A stretch of DNA of 64,000 nt from a virus, in UHGV virus genome UHGV-0171787; one strand, given 5' to 3'. Position 1 is the first letter of the stretch; each line of letters starts with the position of its first letter. The notes under the pieces are model-generated. The model saw only the letters and a program-made list of their open reading frames with translations, searched no databases and was not told the DNA's origin. The position numbers and the translations under genes are program-made. This document shows, piece by piece, positions 9,550 to 20,526 of this stretch.

Positions 9550-10302
9550 ATGGCAATGCCAGATGTGGCCTATCCGATTAACACGTATGGCTGGCTTAAG
9601 AAAGCTGTTGCCTTGTGGGCCGATCGGGACGATGATGAATTTGTCAATCAAATTCCAAACTTTATTAACTTTGCAGAGAAAGAGATCTATCGTAACTTAC
9701 GTATTCCTCCTCTGGAAAAAGAAGTGTATTTAGATATCAAAGATGGAGTGGCTTATATTCCTCCTGATTACTTAGAAGCTCAATGGATGATGAGAGCCAA
9801 AGATGGTGCAATCTTCCAAGTAACATCTCCTGAAGAGATTAGCTATCGTAGACAGCATGGAACAATTAATCCATCTCACTGGAATAACCAACCTGTTAAC
9901 TTTGCTCGTTTCGGGAGTCGTTTCATTTTCTACCCTAGTATTGAAGCAGATACTCCATACTACCCTGATGATGGAAGCCCTTTGATTCCAGCAGAAAACT
10001 CAGTAATTCTTAGTTATTATGCAGATCCACCGGAATTCCACGAAGATACAGATACCAGCGCTATTCTTACTATAGCACCAGAACTTCTTCTGTATTTTAC
10101 CCTACGTCATGCTTGTCTGTTTGTTCAAGATGATAACGGTGTTCAGAAATGGTCAGCATTAGGAAAAGCTATCCTTGATGAAATGGTAGAGCAGAACAAG
10201 AAACAAGAGTACTCAGGTTCACCTATCGCAATTCCGAATAACATGACTCGACTTCAGAGCAGCTTGCCTGATATTTATGGTATTCGCACTTCACGTGTAT
10301 AA
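9550..10302 (+). CDS. Virion structural protein (possible head-tail adaptor)
   Basis: 250 aa with AAGGAGG SD; position between capsid and tail fiber genes. Confidence 0.45.
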   Translation: MAMPDVAYPINTYGWLKKAVALWADRDDDEFVNQIPNFINFAEKEIYRNLRIPPLEKEVYLDIKDGVAYIPPDYLEAQWMMRAKDGAIFQVTSPEEISYRRQHGTINPSHWNNQPVNFARFGSRFIFYPSIEADTPYYPDDGSPLIPAENSVILSYYADPPEFHEDTDTSAILTIAPELLLYFTLRHACLFVQDDNGVQKWSALGKAILDEMVEQNKKQEYSGSPIAIPNNMTRLQSSLPDIYGIRTSRV

Positions 10303-10311
10303 GGAGAAAAC

Positions 10312-13044
10312 ATGATTAGTTACAACAATTCAGCACCTAAAGCGGTAAATAATGTAGGGCAATTCGGTGCTACAGAAGGGTCCATTGGTGCATATAAATC
10401 AGCAGCTGAGTATGCGTCTGATGCTAAATACTGGGCACTTCTATCCCAAACTAAATACTCTTCAGTAGAGGATATTCTGGCTGAAGTAGAACGCCTGTAT
10501 GCTCAAGGTTATCTACTGGAAGAAGATATTAAACAGCTTAAGAGTGACTTTGAGTCACAAGAGCAAGTGCTCTTAGGCTTGATTCAATCCACAGGAACTG
10601 CAATTGACAACACTAATGCAGCAACTGAACTTTCAAAAGAGGCAACTCAAAATGTTCTAGCACAACTTGACATTATCTCTAATATGACAGTTCAAACAAC
10701 GCTACTCCCTCCCGGAAGTTTAGCAACTGGATCTTATGACAACTTAACTGGAGAGTTTTCTTTTGGTATTCCAGAAGGTAAACCGGGCCGTGATGGGACA
10801 GATGGTACGATTTCTGATATCGGCAGTGTTCCTATTGGTACCCCTGTTACTGATGACTTCGGTTTCTATGTAGATCAGGATGATGGTGGTTTATACCGAG
10901 CCAATATGTCTGATATTGCCAACCTAGTGCCTTCTATCCGATCTATCTCTATCAACGGCGGTGCAGAGCAGACGGGTACTGTATCTTTTAACTCTGTATC
11001 TAGTTTTAACACTCGTACCGGAGATGTTGTATCACAAACTGGTGATTATGAAGTAAGTCAAATCACAGGGGCGGCTGCTAGTGGTGATAATTCAGATATT
11101 ACATCCCTTTCTGGCCTTACTACAGCAATATCTGTTTCACAGGGTGGTACAGGGGCTACATCTGCTGAGAATGCTCGAGTAAATCTTGGACTCGGTTCAG
11201 TGTCTGTGGAAAATGTAACCCCTTTAACTAAAGGAGGTACAGGAGCTACTACACCTTCTGGTGCACGTAGTAATCTTGGCTTAGGTTTAGTTTCAACTGA
11301 ATCTATCGTGCCAATCACTAAAGGTGGTACAGGGGCTACATCTGCTGAGAATGCTCGATTGGCATTGGTTGCAGCTAAAAGCGGTGCTAACTCAGATATT
11401 ACATCAATGACAAATAGCGTCACTTTTACCCAGCCAATATCTATTGCCGATGGGGTAAGTGCTACAAACGCTGTGAACCTCGGTCAAATTTCCTCAAATC
11501 AAGGGGCTTCTTTAATTGGTGTTAAGCAACCCTTTACAAACACAGTAGCTCGGACACAATACGACAAGAATGCGGAGATGATATCCATTCGTGACTTCCA
11601 TCAGAGCACTGACCCTGACTGGACGCTTGCGTTTAATCGTGCGTCAACAGTATCTGCACAGCAGGGGAAAATTATATTCGTACCTGCCGGTGAGTACAAA
11701 ATATCAGATTCTATCCTTCTCTATGATTCGGAAGATGTTTACAACGAGAAATATTATCAGCCACCAGGGAGCCGATTTGTCGGGGAGGGCCGCGCATCTA
11801 TTATTCGCAAGACAGCGGTAGGGACTCAGGACATTAACGCTGTTTTCTACAACAAAGGTAAGCGCGGTAATGTTGTCCGTGGACTGCGCATTCTGGATGA
11901 GACAACGGATAGTTACGGGTATTACACACCCAATACAGCTGTATACCAGGAATTTAGCGATCTGTTTATCCTGGCACAAAAATGGGGAATGTATTTTGGA
12001 GGTAATACCTTTGTTGGTGTTTCCCTCCGCGAAATCGTTGTCCAAGGTTCAAACGCTACGGGTATATATGGTGGTATTCATATCCATGGCGGGACGAGCT
12101 ACGTAGTATCTCAATGTAATGTGTTTAAAGCGAACTACTGTTCCTTTGAGTTGACTGGCTCATACTGCGAAGTGGGACCATTAGCATCTGATGATTGCAC
12201 TGGGACTCCGTATATTTTTAACGCAGGCTCGTACAGCGTTTCATCTTTAGGCTGTGAGCAGCCTTCGCGCCAGAACAGTGGAACAATTATTAAGGGAACC
12301 GGGGCTAACTTGCAGATAGACAATATACATCTGTATGACCAAACGCAGATTGCCGGTAGCTACATGTTTGACCTATCCGGCTATGCGAAAGTAAGTATTA
12401 AGCAACTAATCACCAGCTCAACCACTACTTTCAATGGTGCGATGGCCCGTTTAAACAACGGTGCTAAGTTAGAAATCGTGTACAGCAATAAGGTTGAAAC
12501 GTCGTGGCCTCAAAGGAATTCTTATGACACAACAACAACAACTTTCGCTACGTTAGGAAGTCTTGGTGGTGTGGCAACCATCCCGACATTCGGAACTACT
12601 ATGTGCCGAGATATAGCTCTACCAAATCCGAACCAGGAGAATGGTCCCTACTATCGTATTGTTGGTGGTCAATATGGAACTCGTGGTTGTATTGGAACTA
12701 TATTCACTCTACGTAGTGGTACTGGTATGACTCCTATCGCAGGTGCTTATAATCTTAACACAGTAAGCAGTAACACTGCTACGAACGCAAAATTAGTTAA
12801 AGCTGCTCATTGCGACACTGAAGCCCTCAAAGACTATGATAAATGGTTCACTGGTACGTACGAAGGGACGTCTTATCTATTTATCCGTATGCCTATTGAA
12901 GGCGGGGATCGCAACCTCGGGACATTCTTCTCTGGTGTTGTTTTTGGACAAGATCGAAATATGTTCAAAACCTTGTTAGGGAGTGAGATCTCCGGACTAA
13001 CTGAATATTCGTCGGGTAGTATTCTTACCGCGCAGGCAACTTAA
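10312..13044 (+). CDS. Tail fiber / tailspike protein with repeated GGTGAT..NLGLG motifs
   Basis: 910 aa; three 60-aa-period repeats including an exact 36-bp DNA repeat (11143-11178 and 11323-11358); C-terminal region beta-helix-like. Confidence 0.7.
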   Translation: MISYNNSAPKAVNNVGQFGATEGSIGAYKSAAEYASDAKYWALLSQTKYSSVEDILAEVERLYAQGYLLEEDIKQLKSDFESQEQVLLGLIQSTGTAIDNTNAATELSKEATQNVLAQLDIISNMTVQTTLLPPGSLATGSYDNLTGEFSFGIPEGKPGRDGTDGTISDIGSVPIGTPVTDDFGFYVDQDDGGLYRANMSDIANLVPSIRSISINGGAEQTGTVSFNSVSSFNTRTGDVVSQTGDYEVSQITGAAASGDNSDITSLSGLTTAISVSQGGTGATSAENARVNLGLGSVSVENVTPLTKGGTGATTPSGARSNLGLGLVSTESIVPITKGGTGATSAENARLALVAAKSGANSDITSMTNSVTFTQPISIADGVSATNAVNLGQISSNQGASLIGVKQPFTNTVARTQYDKNAEMISIRDFHQSTDPDWTLAFNRASTVSAQQGKIIFVPAGEYKISDSILLYDSEDVYNEKYYQPPGSRFVGEGRASIIRKTAVGTQDINAVFYNKGKRGNVVRGLRILDETTDSYGYYTPNTAVYQEFSDLFILAQKWGMYFGGNTFVGVSLREIVVQGSNATGIYGGIHIHGGTSYVVSQCNVFKANYCSFELTGSYCEVGPLASDDCTGTPYIFNAGSYSVSSLGCEQPSRQNSGTIIKGTGANLQIDNIHLYDQTQIAGSYMFDLSGYAKVSIKQLITSSTTTFNGAMARLNNGAKLEIVYSNKVETSWPQRNSYDTTTTTFATLGSLGGVATIPTFGTTMCRDIALPNPNQENGPYYRIVGGQYGTRGCIGTIFTLRSGTGMTPIAGAYNLNTVSSNTATNAKLVKAAHCDTEALKDYDKWFTGTYEGTSYLFIRMPIEGGDRNLGTFFSGVVFGQDRNMFKTLLGSEISGLTEYSSGSILTAQAT

Positions 13045-13048
13045 AAAT

Positions 13049-13072
13049 AAGGCCCTGTTTGGGGCCTTTTAG
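13049..13072 (+). terminator. Rho-independent terminator
   Basis: ggccc-tgtttg-gggcc hairpin followed by tttt. Confidence 0.5.
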
Positions 13073-13139
13073 CAGTATCACACTGCGATAAGTAATGAAT
13101 ATACTATACTTAAGAGGTTAAATAATAGGAGGATGATAG

Positions 13140-13358
13140 ATGAAAATAATGAAACAAGTTACATACGGATTAGCGTGTCTAAGCACCGGGTTTGTGATTT
13201 CAACCGCACTTCCAGTAACAGCAGGACACTCTCTGATTACTACCTCTGCACCAGCAGAGAAGCTTAGCTCTCATTGTAAGCAACGTACTATACAAAATAA
13301 CCTCGTTGTTATCTGCCCTGATGCTGAATCTAACGCCCTGAGAAAGATGCTACCTTAA
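13140..13358 (+). CDS. Small protein with N-terminal hydrophobic segment (possible holin or secreted protein)
   Basis: 72 aa, AGGAGG SD, one hydrophobic stretch, four Cys; lies immediately upstream of the lysozyme gene. Confidence 0.4.
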   Translation: MKIMKQVTYGLACLSTGFVISTALPVTAGHSLITTSAPAEKLSSHCKQRTIQNNLVVICPDAESNALRKMLP

Positions 13359-13385
13359 TAAAGGGACTACAAAAGGAGGTTAGAA

Positions 13386-13877
13386 ATGGATAACGTCGCA
13401 TTGCCACCTGTACATTTAAACTTAAGCCCAGCTGGAATGGAATTCATCATGAAGCATGAGGGTATGAGAACTAAGGCTTATAAGGATTCCGCAGGTATCT
13501 GGACGATATGTGTAGGGGCTACGCGCGATATGAATGGTTATCCGGTTAGGCAAGGATTAACATATTCTATAGAGGATTGTCTAGCTCTGCTAGATAGAGA
13601 CACACAAGACTCTGTTCGTGCTACTCAGAAAAACATAAAGGTTCCTTTGCTTGTTCATGAGTTCGATGCACTCACCTCTTTCAACTTCAATGTTGGCAGT
13701 GGGGCTTTGAGCACATCTAAGCTGAGGAAGGTTATCAATGGAGAAGTCAAAGGTGATATTTATTCCGAATTTCTTCGTTGGGATAAAATCACGGTTAAAG
13801 GAGAGAAACGGAGAAGTCCGGGTCTTCATAACAGAAGGGTTGCAGAAGCTGATCTTTATACAGAAGCTAAATATTAA
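13386..13877 (+). CDS. Lysozyme, glycoside hydrolase family 24 (T4 lysozyme-like)
   Basis: 163 aa; HEGMRTKAYKDSAGIWTICVGAT matches the Glu-8aa-Asp-5aa-Thr catalytic motif of GH24 lysozymes. Confidence 0.8.
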   Translation: MDNVALPPVHLNLSPAGMEFIMKHEGMRTKAYKDSAGIWTICVGATRDMNGYPVRQGLTYSIEDCLALLDRDTQDSVRATQKNIKVPLLVHEFDALTSFNFNVGSGALSTSKLRKVINGEVKGDIYSEFLRWDKITVKGEKRRSPGLHNRRVAEADLYTEAKY

Positions 13878-13889
13878 TGGAGGTGCCTC

Positions 13890-14693
13890 TTGGCTATTGA
13901 AACTAATGCGGTAGTAGTTACCGACTTAAACCCTCTCTATCCTCGTGATAGAGATTATATCTATGAAGGTGCAGCCCAGCTGCGCCTAGTTAAACAGGTA
14001 TTACAGAACACGTTCCCTAATTTGACAGAACCTATGACTGTTAATTCTGATACGCTAGCCGCTATCTCTGATAAGATTTCTTTTGCTGGAGATTATATGG
14101 ACGTTGGTGGTCTAATGATTAAGAATGGTACAGCAGGTACTGGAAATAATGATTTTACAACCAAAGCTCAAATGGAAGCTTTTATGCTTAACTGGATGCA
14201 AAACAAGATTTACAGGGTTGGGTCTTATTATATCACTGAGGAAGATATCAATCCGGGAGATTCTACATCTCTAGGGTTTGGTATCTGGACAGCTGTTACT
14301 GGTGTTATTATGGGTGCCGGGGTTGTGAATCCTGATGGGACAGTCCCTAATGCTCAGCGTGTGGAGTTTACTGCTGGTGCTACTGGTGGTCGTGTCTACA
14401 ACACGATTAAGACGGAGAATCTGCCATTGACCACAATCTCTGGTTCTAGTTTCTCTCTTTCTAATTATACACACACCCATACAACAACGTTTGGACGAGG
14501 TGATGCCAGTGGTCACAACAGCTCTCCTAACTGGTACAGTCCGGGAAGCGGTTATTCTGCTGTAACAAGCTCTGATACCCACACCCACTCTATTACGGGC
14601 GAAGCAACATTTGGTTATGATGACGTATCTCGTCAACCCATAAATACGTTACCACCTTTCCGTGCAGCATATATTTGGAGACGTATCAGCTAA
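13890..14693 (+). CDS. Tail fiber-like protein with His-box (HxH) motifs
   Basis: 267 aa; YTHTHTTTF and DTHTHSI motifs reminiscent of tail-fiber His boxes; Gly/Thr-rich. Confidence 0.45.
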   Translation: MAIETNAVVVTDLNPLYPRDRDYIYEGAAQLRLVKQVLQNTFPNLTEPMTVNSDTLAAISDKISFAGDYMDVGGLMIKNGTAGTGNNDFTTKAQMEAFMLNWMQNKIYRVGSYYITEEDINPGDSTSLGFGIWTAVTGVIMGAGVVNPDGTVPNAQRVEFTAGATGGRVYNTIKTENLPLTTISGSSFSLSNYTHTHTTTFGRGDASGHNSSPNWYSPGSGYSAVTSSDTHTHSITGEATFGYDDVSRQPINTLPPFRAAYIWRRIS

Positions 14694-14702
14694 GGAGGAA
14701 GT

Positions 14703-17660
14703 ATGGCTCTCTACCCAATAAAATCTTTGGGTGCGGTTGGTGTTATTGCCGACCAATCTCCTACAGATCTGGCTCCTAATGCATTCACTAATGCAATCAA
14801 TGCTCGGTTTGTAGAACAGCGTGTGTTTAAGACGGGGGGCTCTGCCCCTCTTTCTTACGTTGAGAGTGATAAAGGAATAAAACCATTATCATTCACTTCA
14901 ATGCCTTTTGACTACTTCAGTGCTAACAACAGTTTCTTGCTGGTAGGTACAGATAAGAGTATTTTTAGGCTAAATAATGAATCTATGATTGATGTTAGTC
15001 GAAGAGTGGCCACAGTCACCAAAAAGGCTGTGTCTTACATTAAGATAAACCCTGTGCTAACAGAGATTGTCCCCAAAGAAACATCTGTCATTATGAGTTT
15101 TAATGAAAGCAAAGTTCTCGAGGTATCTCTTCTTCCAGAGGGTGTTACTACTCCATCTCTTGTGTGGGAAGTTAGCAATCCTTCTTATGGTTCAATACTA
15201 GTTGACCCTGACGATAACAAGAAGGCTACATTGAGCGTCTTGTCTAATGAGGGAAGCTTCACTGTCACCATCTCTAATGAAGAGGAATCTGTTACTGCCA
15301 GTATTTCCGTAAAAGTTGTTGATTCGGATTCTGGTATATTTCTTAACCGAGACTCTGTCCAACTCCGGAAAGGTGGGACAACTACCCTTACAGCAACAAC
15401 AAGTAAGACCCCTCTAACATGGACTTCTTCTAACCCAGCCATTATCTCTGTAGCGCCTAATGGTGACACTACTACCGCAGTGTTAACCGCTCAAGGAGTA
15501 GGTAATGCACTGATAACTGTAAGCAACGGGTCTAAGACCTCAGAATGTTCTGTTAGCGTTATTAATCAGATTGACAGTATATCTTTGAGTCAAACAGACT
15601 TACAAATTAACCGTGGGACGTCTTATGTCTTATATGCTAGCTTGACCCCATCAAATGCTGCAAATCAGAAAATAACTTGGACCTCCTCTAATCCAAATGT
15701 TGCCACTGTTTCAGGAACTAGCCTTCAAGGAACTATCTCTGGACTCACAGCTGGGTTTACAGTTATAACAGCAACTACGGAAGAAGGCGAGAGGACAGCC
15801 ACCTGTAATGTCAGGGTTGAGTTATCAAGCAGGACTCTTTTTGCTGCTGCATCGGCTCCTCCTGAAGAGTCTAGTTCTACGGATTCAGATATTGACACCT
15901 CAGCTATGTCAGAGGGGAACTCTTTTTATGACTACTCTATGGTTGATGGCGTTGAAGCCTATTCAATAAATGAAGTCATGTCTAGATCAACTCAGCTTGA
16001 ATCCTTAACTCTTGATATTGTGGATACTGAAATTGATGTTGGGGATGAGTTAGTAATAACTGCAACGGCAGCCCCTGAAGGGGAGTATCTTTATAGTTGG
16101 GTGGTAGACCAGCCGGGGTACATATCCTCTACTTCCACTACCGAGCCTTCCTTTACTTTAACTGCAATTAAGACTGGCAAAGTGAAGATAACCTGTACTG
16201 CTAGTCAAGTAGCTCGTAGAGATTATGAAGCGTTTGAAGAATACCCTTGGTATAATACCATCATCTCTAACTGTGCAGTGTTCACTACTCACTATGAAAC
16301 ACCTCAAGTAAAAGAGTTTGCCTCTGAATACTTCACAGATCTTCCGGGGTGGGGAGAGCAGACGATAGTTGATGCTAATGGGAACCCTTCTGTTGTAAAA
16401 TATAACTGGAAGTGCGAAAGGATTCGTGCATTCAATAATCGCCTATTTGCTCTTAATATGCGAGAGTCTAATGCATCAGGGGTTACTACTCACTACCCTC
16501 TTCGACTTCGCTGGTCTAACTATGCTAATGAGAACAAGGCACCTACCTTGTGGGATGACTTTGCTTATGACAGATATGTGACTTCAGATTTAGCAGCAAA
16601 TGTTGTAGGTCAAACTGAGGCTCTAGAAAATGGATATGCCGGATACATAGATTTAGCTGACTCAAACGGTAGCTTAGTTGAGATTCTTCCTCTTAAGGAT
16701 TATCTATTTATCTATACGGAGTTTGAGACTTACATTGGATCCCCAACTAACAACACATATCAACCTCTAATGTTCAAGAAGCTCTTCAATGATTCTGGAA
16801 TCTTAGCACCTGAGTGTGTGGTTGAAGTTGAGAGTGGTCACTTTGTTGTTACTCAGAATGATGTTATTCTACACAATGGTGCAACTAAGAAGTCTATTGC
16901 ATCCAACAGGGTCAAGAATATGCTTATCAACGAGGTGTGTTTAGTAAACCCTTTAGCCACTAAGGTTCACCTACATCAAGATAAGAAGGAAGTGTGGATT
17001 CTCTATGTTGGACCCGGAGAACCCGCTGGGAGTTTTGCTTGTACAAAAGCTGCCGTATGGAACTACGAGTTTGATACATGGTCTTTCCGTACAATCCCAT
17101 TCTCTCATTGCATTGGTTTGGTGGATCCTCCGACTTTAGAAAAAGGTCCTACTTGGGTTGATTTCCAAGAGTACACTTGGGATGATCCCTCAATCAATGA
17201 ACTTGTGTGGAGAAAGGATTCTACTAACTTCCGTCAGAGAGTCACTGTAGTAGGTTCTTGGATGAAAGGCTTTTACCAAGTAGATGTAGGTCCTTATGAC
17301 TACTCATATGATAGGTTGAATGACGTTGTTGTCAAGAAGCCATTAGAGATGAGATTGGAGAGAACTGGTATAGACTTTGACAATGTAACTAACGAGTGGA
17401 ATCAGAAGCACATAAACAGGTTCCGCCCACAAGTAACAGGGTCAGGTACATACATATTCCAAGCGGGTGGTAGTCAGTATTCTGACCAAGAAGATAGACA
17501 CATTCATAGTGAAAAGTCTTATACGATCGGTGTTGACAGACATATAGGTGTCCGACTGAACCATCCGTATCTATTCTATAATGTTATAGATAATGATGTT
17601 AACAGTAATGCAGCTATCAATGGACTAACTATTGAGTTTGCTGTTGGCGGGCGAAGATAA
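14703..17660 (+). CDS. Large virion (tail) protein with Big_2 Ig-like domains
   Basis: 985 aa; several Big_2-like segments (e.g. ITWTSSNPNVATVSGT..GFTVITATT). Confidence 0.6.
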   Translation: MALYPIKSLGAVGVIADQSPTDLAPNAFTNAINARFVEQRVFKTGGSAPLSYVESDKGIKPLSFTSMPFDYFSANNSFLLVGTDKSIFRLNNESMIDVSRRVATVTKKAVSYIKINPVLTEIVPKETSVIMSFNESKVLEVSLLPEGVTTPSLVWEVSNPSYGSILVDPDDNKKATLSVLSNEGSFTVTISNEEESVTASISVKVVDSDSGIFLNRDSVQLRKGGTTTLTATTSKTPLTWTSSNPAIISVAPNGDTTTAVLTAQGVGNALITVSNGSKTSECSVSVINQIDSISLSQTDLQINRGTSYVLYASLTPSNAANQKITWTSSNPNVATVSGTSLQGTISGLTAGFTVITATTEEGERTATCNVRVELSSRTLFAAASAPPEESSSTDSDIDTSAMSEGNSFYDYSMVDGVEAYSINEVMSRSTQLESLTLDIVDTEIDVGDELVITATAAPEGEYLYSWVVDQPGYISSTSTTEPSFTLTAIKTGKVKITCTASQVARRDYEAFEEYPWYNTIISNCAVFTTHYETPQVKEFASEYFTDLPGWGEQTIVDANGNPSVVKYNWKCERIRAFNNRLFALNMRESNASGVTTHYPLRLRWSNYANENKAPTLWDDFAYDRYVTSDLAANVVGQTEALENGYAGYIDLADSNGSLVEILPLKDYLFIYTEFETYIGSPTNNTYQPLMFKKLFNDSGILAPECVVEVESGHFVVTQNDVILHNGATKKSIASNRVKNMLINEVCLVNPLATKVHLHQDKKEVWILYVGPGEPAGSFACTKAAVWNYEFDTWSFRTIPFSHCIGLVDPPTLEKGPTWVDFQEYTWDDPSINELVWRKDSTNFRQRVTVVGSWMKGFYQVDVGPYDYSYDRLNDVVVKKPLEMRLERTGIDFDNVTNEWNQKHINRFRPQVTGSGTYIFQAGGSQYSDQEDRHIHSEKSYTIGVDRHIGVRLNHPYLFYNVIDNDVNSNAAINGLTIEFAVGGRR

Positions 17661-17666
17661 TAACAA

Positions 17667-17694
17667 GGGAGCTTCGTGCTCCCTTTTCTTGTTT
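17667..17694 (+). terminator. Rho-independent terminator
   Basis: gggagc-ttcgt-gctccc followed by ttttcttgttt. Confidence 0.5.
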
Positions 17695-17710
17695 ATTATA
17701 AGGAGGGTCT

Positions 17711-18679
17711 ATGGGTGCTGGTGGCTTTCGTAAGAATACCGGAAGAAACAACACAACACAACCTTACAGTGTGGGCTTTCTAAACACCTCTGAGAGTGTA
17801 GAAACTAACAACGTTGCAATATATGATGAACTACAGAACATTAGCACTGCAACTAACCAAATGTTCCAAGCTATAGATGAAATCCATGAGGAGATTGATG
17901 TTCGTATTAAAGCTCTTCATGCTATGAATTTACAATTTGATGAATTAGAGAATCGTGTTACGACAGAGATTGAGACTGCCATCGCAGATATTATAACACA
18001 AATGGGTAACCTATCCACCGATGATATTTGGGATAATTCAGTTAGTCCTCCTGTTAAGTTAGATTCAACTATGTCTGGTATTAAGACTTCTATAGAAGGT
18101 AACACAGCATCTATACAGACTGTTGAAGGGATTGTTAATGATCAAGGACAAGAGATTGCCCTTATCCAATCTGACCTGACGAACGGAACAGGTAGTGCAT
18201 CTCAGTATATGAAGCTCACTGAGTACGAGGCTACTTGGGGCGTTAACTCCACGGTGAATGGTAAGACAGCAGGGGTAAAACTGACAAATAATGGTTCTAC
18301 AAGCCAATTCCAAGTCACTGCTGATAAATTCCTTGTTTCCGATGGCACATCAGGGAGTACTCCTTTTAAAGTAGTTGGTGGAAGGGCAGTTATGGAGTTT
18401 GCTGATATTACTAACGTTGTGATAACAACTGCTCAGATAGCAACAGCTAGGATTCAGTGGGCACAAATTGATAACGTTAGCATAACAAATGCACAGATTA
18501 CAAGTTTGTCCGCTGATAAGATAACAGCTGGGTCAATGTCAGGAACTAATTGGCGTCTTACGGTTGGTGGTGATTTTGTTTTGGGTAGGACTTCTAGTTC
18601 TCAGCTTTGGATGAATGGTAGTCGTATCGACTTCTATGATGCAAGTGGTACTCTTCGTATTAGAATAGGGAGTTGGTAA
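17711..18679 (+). CDS. Virion structural protein
   Basis: ORF track, 322 aa; within the structural block. Confidence 0.5.
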   Translation: MGAGGFRKNTGRNNTTQPYSVGFLNTSESVETNNVAIYDELQNISTATNQMFQAIDEIHEEIDVRIKALHAMNLQFDELENRVTTEIETAIADIITQMGNLSTDDIWDNSVSPPVKLDSTMSGIKTSIEGNTASIQTVEGIVNDQGQEIALIQSDLTNGTGSASQYMKLTEYEATWGVNSTVNGKTAGVKLTNNGSTSQFQVTADKFLVSDGTSGSTPFKVVGGRAVMEFADITNVVITTAQIATARIQWAQIDNVSITNAQITSLSADKITAGSMSGTNWRLTVGGDFVLGRTSSSQLWMNGSRIDFYDASGTLRIRIGSW

Positions 18680-18680
18680 T

Positions 18681-19715
18681 ATGGCGTATGGAATATGGAC
18701 AACGCCAGTCGGACCGGGACCAGCTTCTCCGGCTGAGCTTTTTATTGATAGTGATTCTACTTTCCCTCAATTCAAGAACAGGGTTAGTGGTAATTACAAC
18801 TTTAATGGGGGTAGTAGAGATTTCCCTATTTCTGGATGGGATGGCTCAGGCCAAATCGTTGTAGTCCCCACCGGCTCTTTGTGTTGGCAATGGGAAGTCC
18901 CTCCTAATCTTGTCCCTGATGTGTATGTTGTAAACAATATCAGTATTGTAAATAACTCAACTTTCAGGGTTAGTATAAACATGAATCCCGGAAGTAATCC
19001 ACTGTTTGACGTGGCTTTCAATGTATACCAAATATGGCCTAGAGCCAATAGAAACTATGGTATAACCTTTTCAAACACAGCTGATTACTTCTCTATATCA
19101 GATGCTGGAGTTGTTGGTCAATGTATTTGGGCTTGGGAAGGAAACATTAATGGCTCTATGCAAATACCAGCAATCAGTGGTTTTGATATGTCTAGAGCTT
19201 CAGTGTTTGCTAACTGGTCTGGAGGACAAGGTTTACTCTATGATGCTGGGAGTCGTAATATCAGGGTTTACCAAAACAGAACCTATGATAACGGAAACAA
19301 CAACCAAACAGGAACAATTAATAATGTGAGAGTTGCAGTGTTCTGTAACGGGGCTGGTGTTCCTACTCACAATGGTGGATTAAACATATATTCACCTAAT
19401 GGTTCTCAGTGTGTATTTTCTACTTACAGAACACCTTTTATGGTTGATCGTTTTATGGCTATGAGTGGAGGGAATACTGGACTTACATATCCTATGATAC
19501 CTCTGACGAACGGGGCAGGTTCTATTAGGGGTCAGGCGGGGAGTTGGTATTTCCAACATGCTAGATCTCATACGATGAACGGCTCTTCTTTTGGTACAGG
19601 GTATGGTCGATATATGTTCCAGTGGGATAGAAACTACGATATGGGTGGTGGTGGGGCTATCTCCCTTCAGATTCCAGTCCTAGATGCTAGGAAGATTTTT
19701 AGAAGCATACAATAA
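18681..19715 (+). CDS. Virion structural protein
   Basis: ORF track, 344 aa; start 2 nt after the previous stop. Confidence 0.5.
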   Translation: MAYGIWTTPVGPGPASPAELFIDSDSTFPQFKNRVSGNYNFNGGSRDFPISGWDGSGQIVVVPTGSLCWQWEVPPNLVPDVYVVNNISIVNNSTFRVSINMNPGSNPLFDVAFNVYQIWPRANRNYGITFSNTADYFSISDAGVVGQCIWAWEGNINGSMQIPAISGFDMSRASVFANWSGGQGLLYDAGSRNIRVYQNRTYDNGNNNQTGTINNVRVAVFCNGAGVPTHNGGLNIYSPNGSQCVFSTYRTPFMVDRFMAMSGGNTGLTYPMIPLTNGAGSIRGQAGSWYFQHARSHTMNGSSFGTGYGRYMFQWDRNYDMGGGGAISLQIPVLDARKIFRSIQ

Positions 19716-19724
19716 GGAGAACTT

Positions 19725-20507
19725 ATGGCAATTAGAATGGGTATAGAAGAATTAGACCCGATGGTTCAACAGGCTTCAAAGAAGTATGGTATACCAGCTG
19801 CTTTGATTCATGCTGTAATTCAAAGGGAGTCTAGTGGTCGTCCTAAGGTGGCTTCCGGAACTGGTCCTGTTGGTTTGATGCAGATCAGTAAAGGGTTAGC
19901 TAAAGATTACGGTTATAAACTAGAAGATAGGCTTGACCCAGCTAAGAATATCGACATGGGTGCTCGCTATATCAGAGATAACCTTAAAGCTTTTAATGGT
20001 GATGTTAAGAAAGCAATGGTTGGTTATTCAGAAGGTATTGGTGGAGCTAAGCAGATGTTCGCTGGTAAAAGAGGGTTTACTCCTCAGGCTCTCGACTCTA
20101 TGAATAATAAGCACTTCCTTCCTTTCTACGGTGATGCAGCTTCTCAGATTGCTAACCCTATTGGAGCTTTACAAGCTATCCAACCAGTCAACCAGTTTAA
20201 TCCTGACTTACTAGACAGAGAGAAAGCTGCACAAGCTCCAACTCAGGCGGAGATTGCTGCTTCTAAGACAGGAGCTTTAGGAGGTAATCCGGTAGAGTTT
20301 TACTCTGATGAAGTGCAGGAAGGGGAAGATCAGAAGCCTCAACAGAACTTTGGTAATGCAGTATTAGGAGTAGCTGCTATGCTTGCTGGTAAACCTCCTA
20401 CTTCTCAAACAGTTCAGAGGGCAAGTGCACCACATGCAGCAGGTTCTCAGTACAGTCCACAAACACAAGCAGTGCTTAGACGTTTGGCTAGCATTGGTGT
20501 AAAGTAA
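19725..20507 (+). CDS. Lytic transglycosylase (SLT domain) virion protein
   Basis: 260 aa; IQRESSGRP...GLMQI motif typical of the SLT family catalytic region. Confidence 0.7.
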   Translation: MAIRMGIEELDPMVQQASKKYGIPAALIHAVIQRESSGRPKVASGTGPVGLMQISKGLAKDYGYKLEDRLDPAKNIDMGARYIRDNLKAFNGDVKKAMVGYSEGIGGAKQMFAGKRGFTPQALDSMNNKHFLPFYGDAASQIANPIGALQAIQPVNQFNPDLLDREKAAQAPTQAEIAASKTGALGGNPVEFYSDEVQEGEDQKPQQNFGNAVLGVAAMLAGKPPTSQTVQRASAPHAAGSQYSPQTQAVLRRLASIGVK

Positions 20508-20526
20508 TAATCTTTAAGGAGGACTT

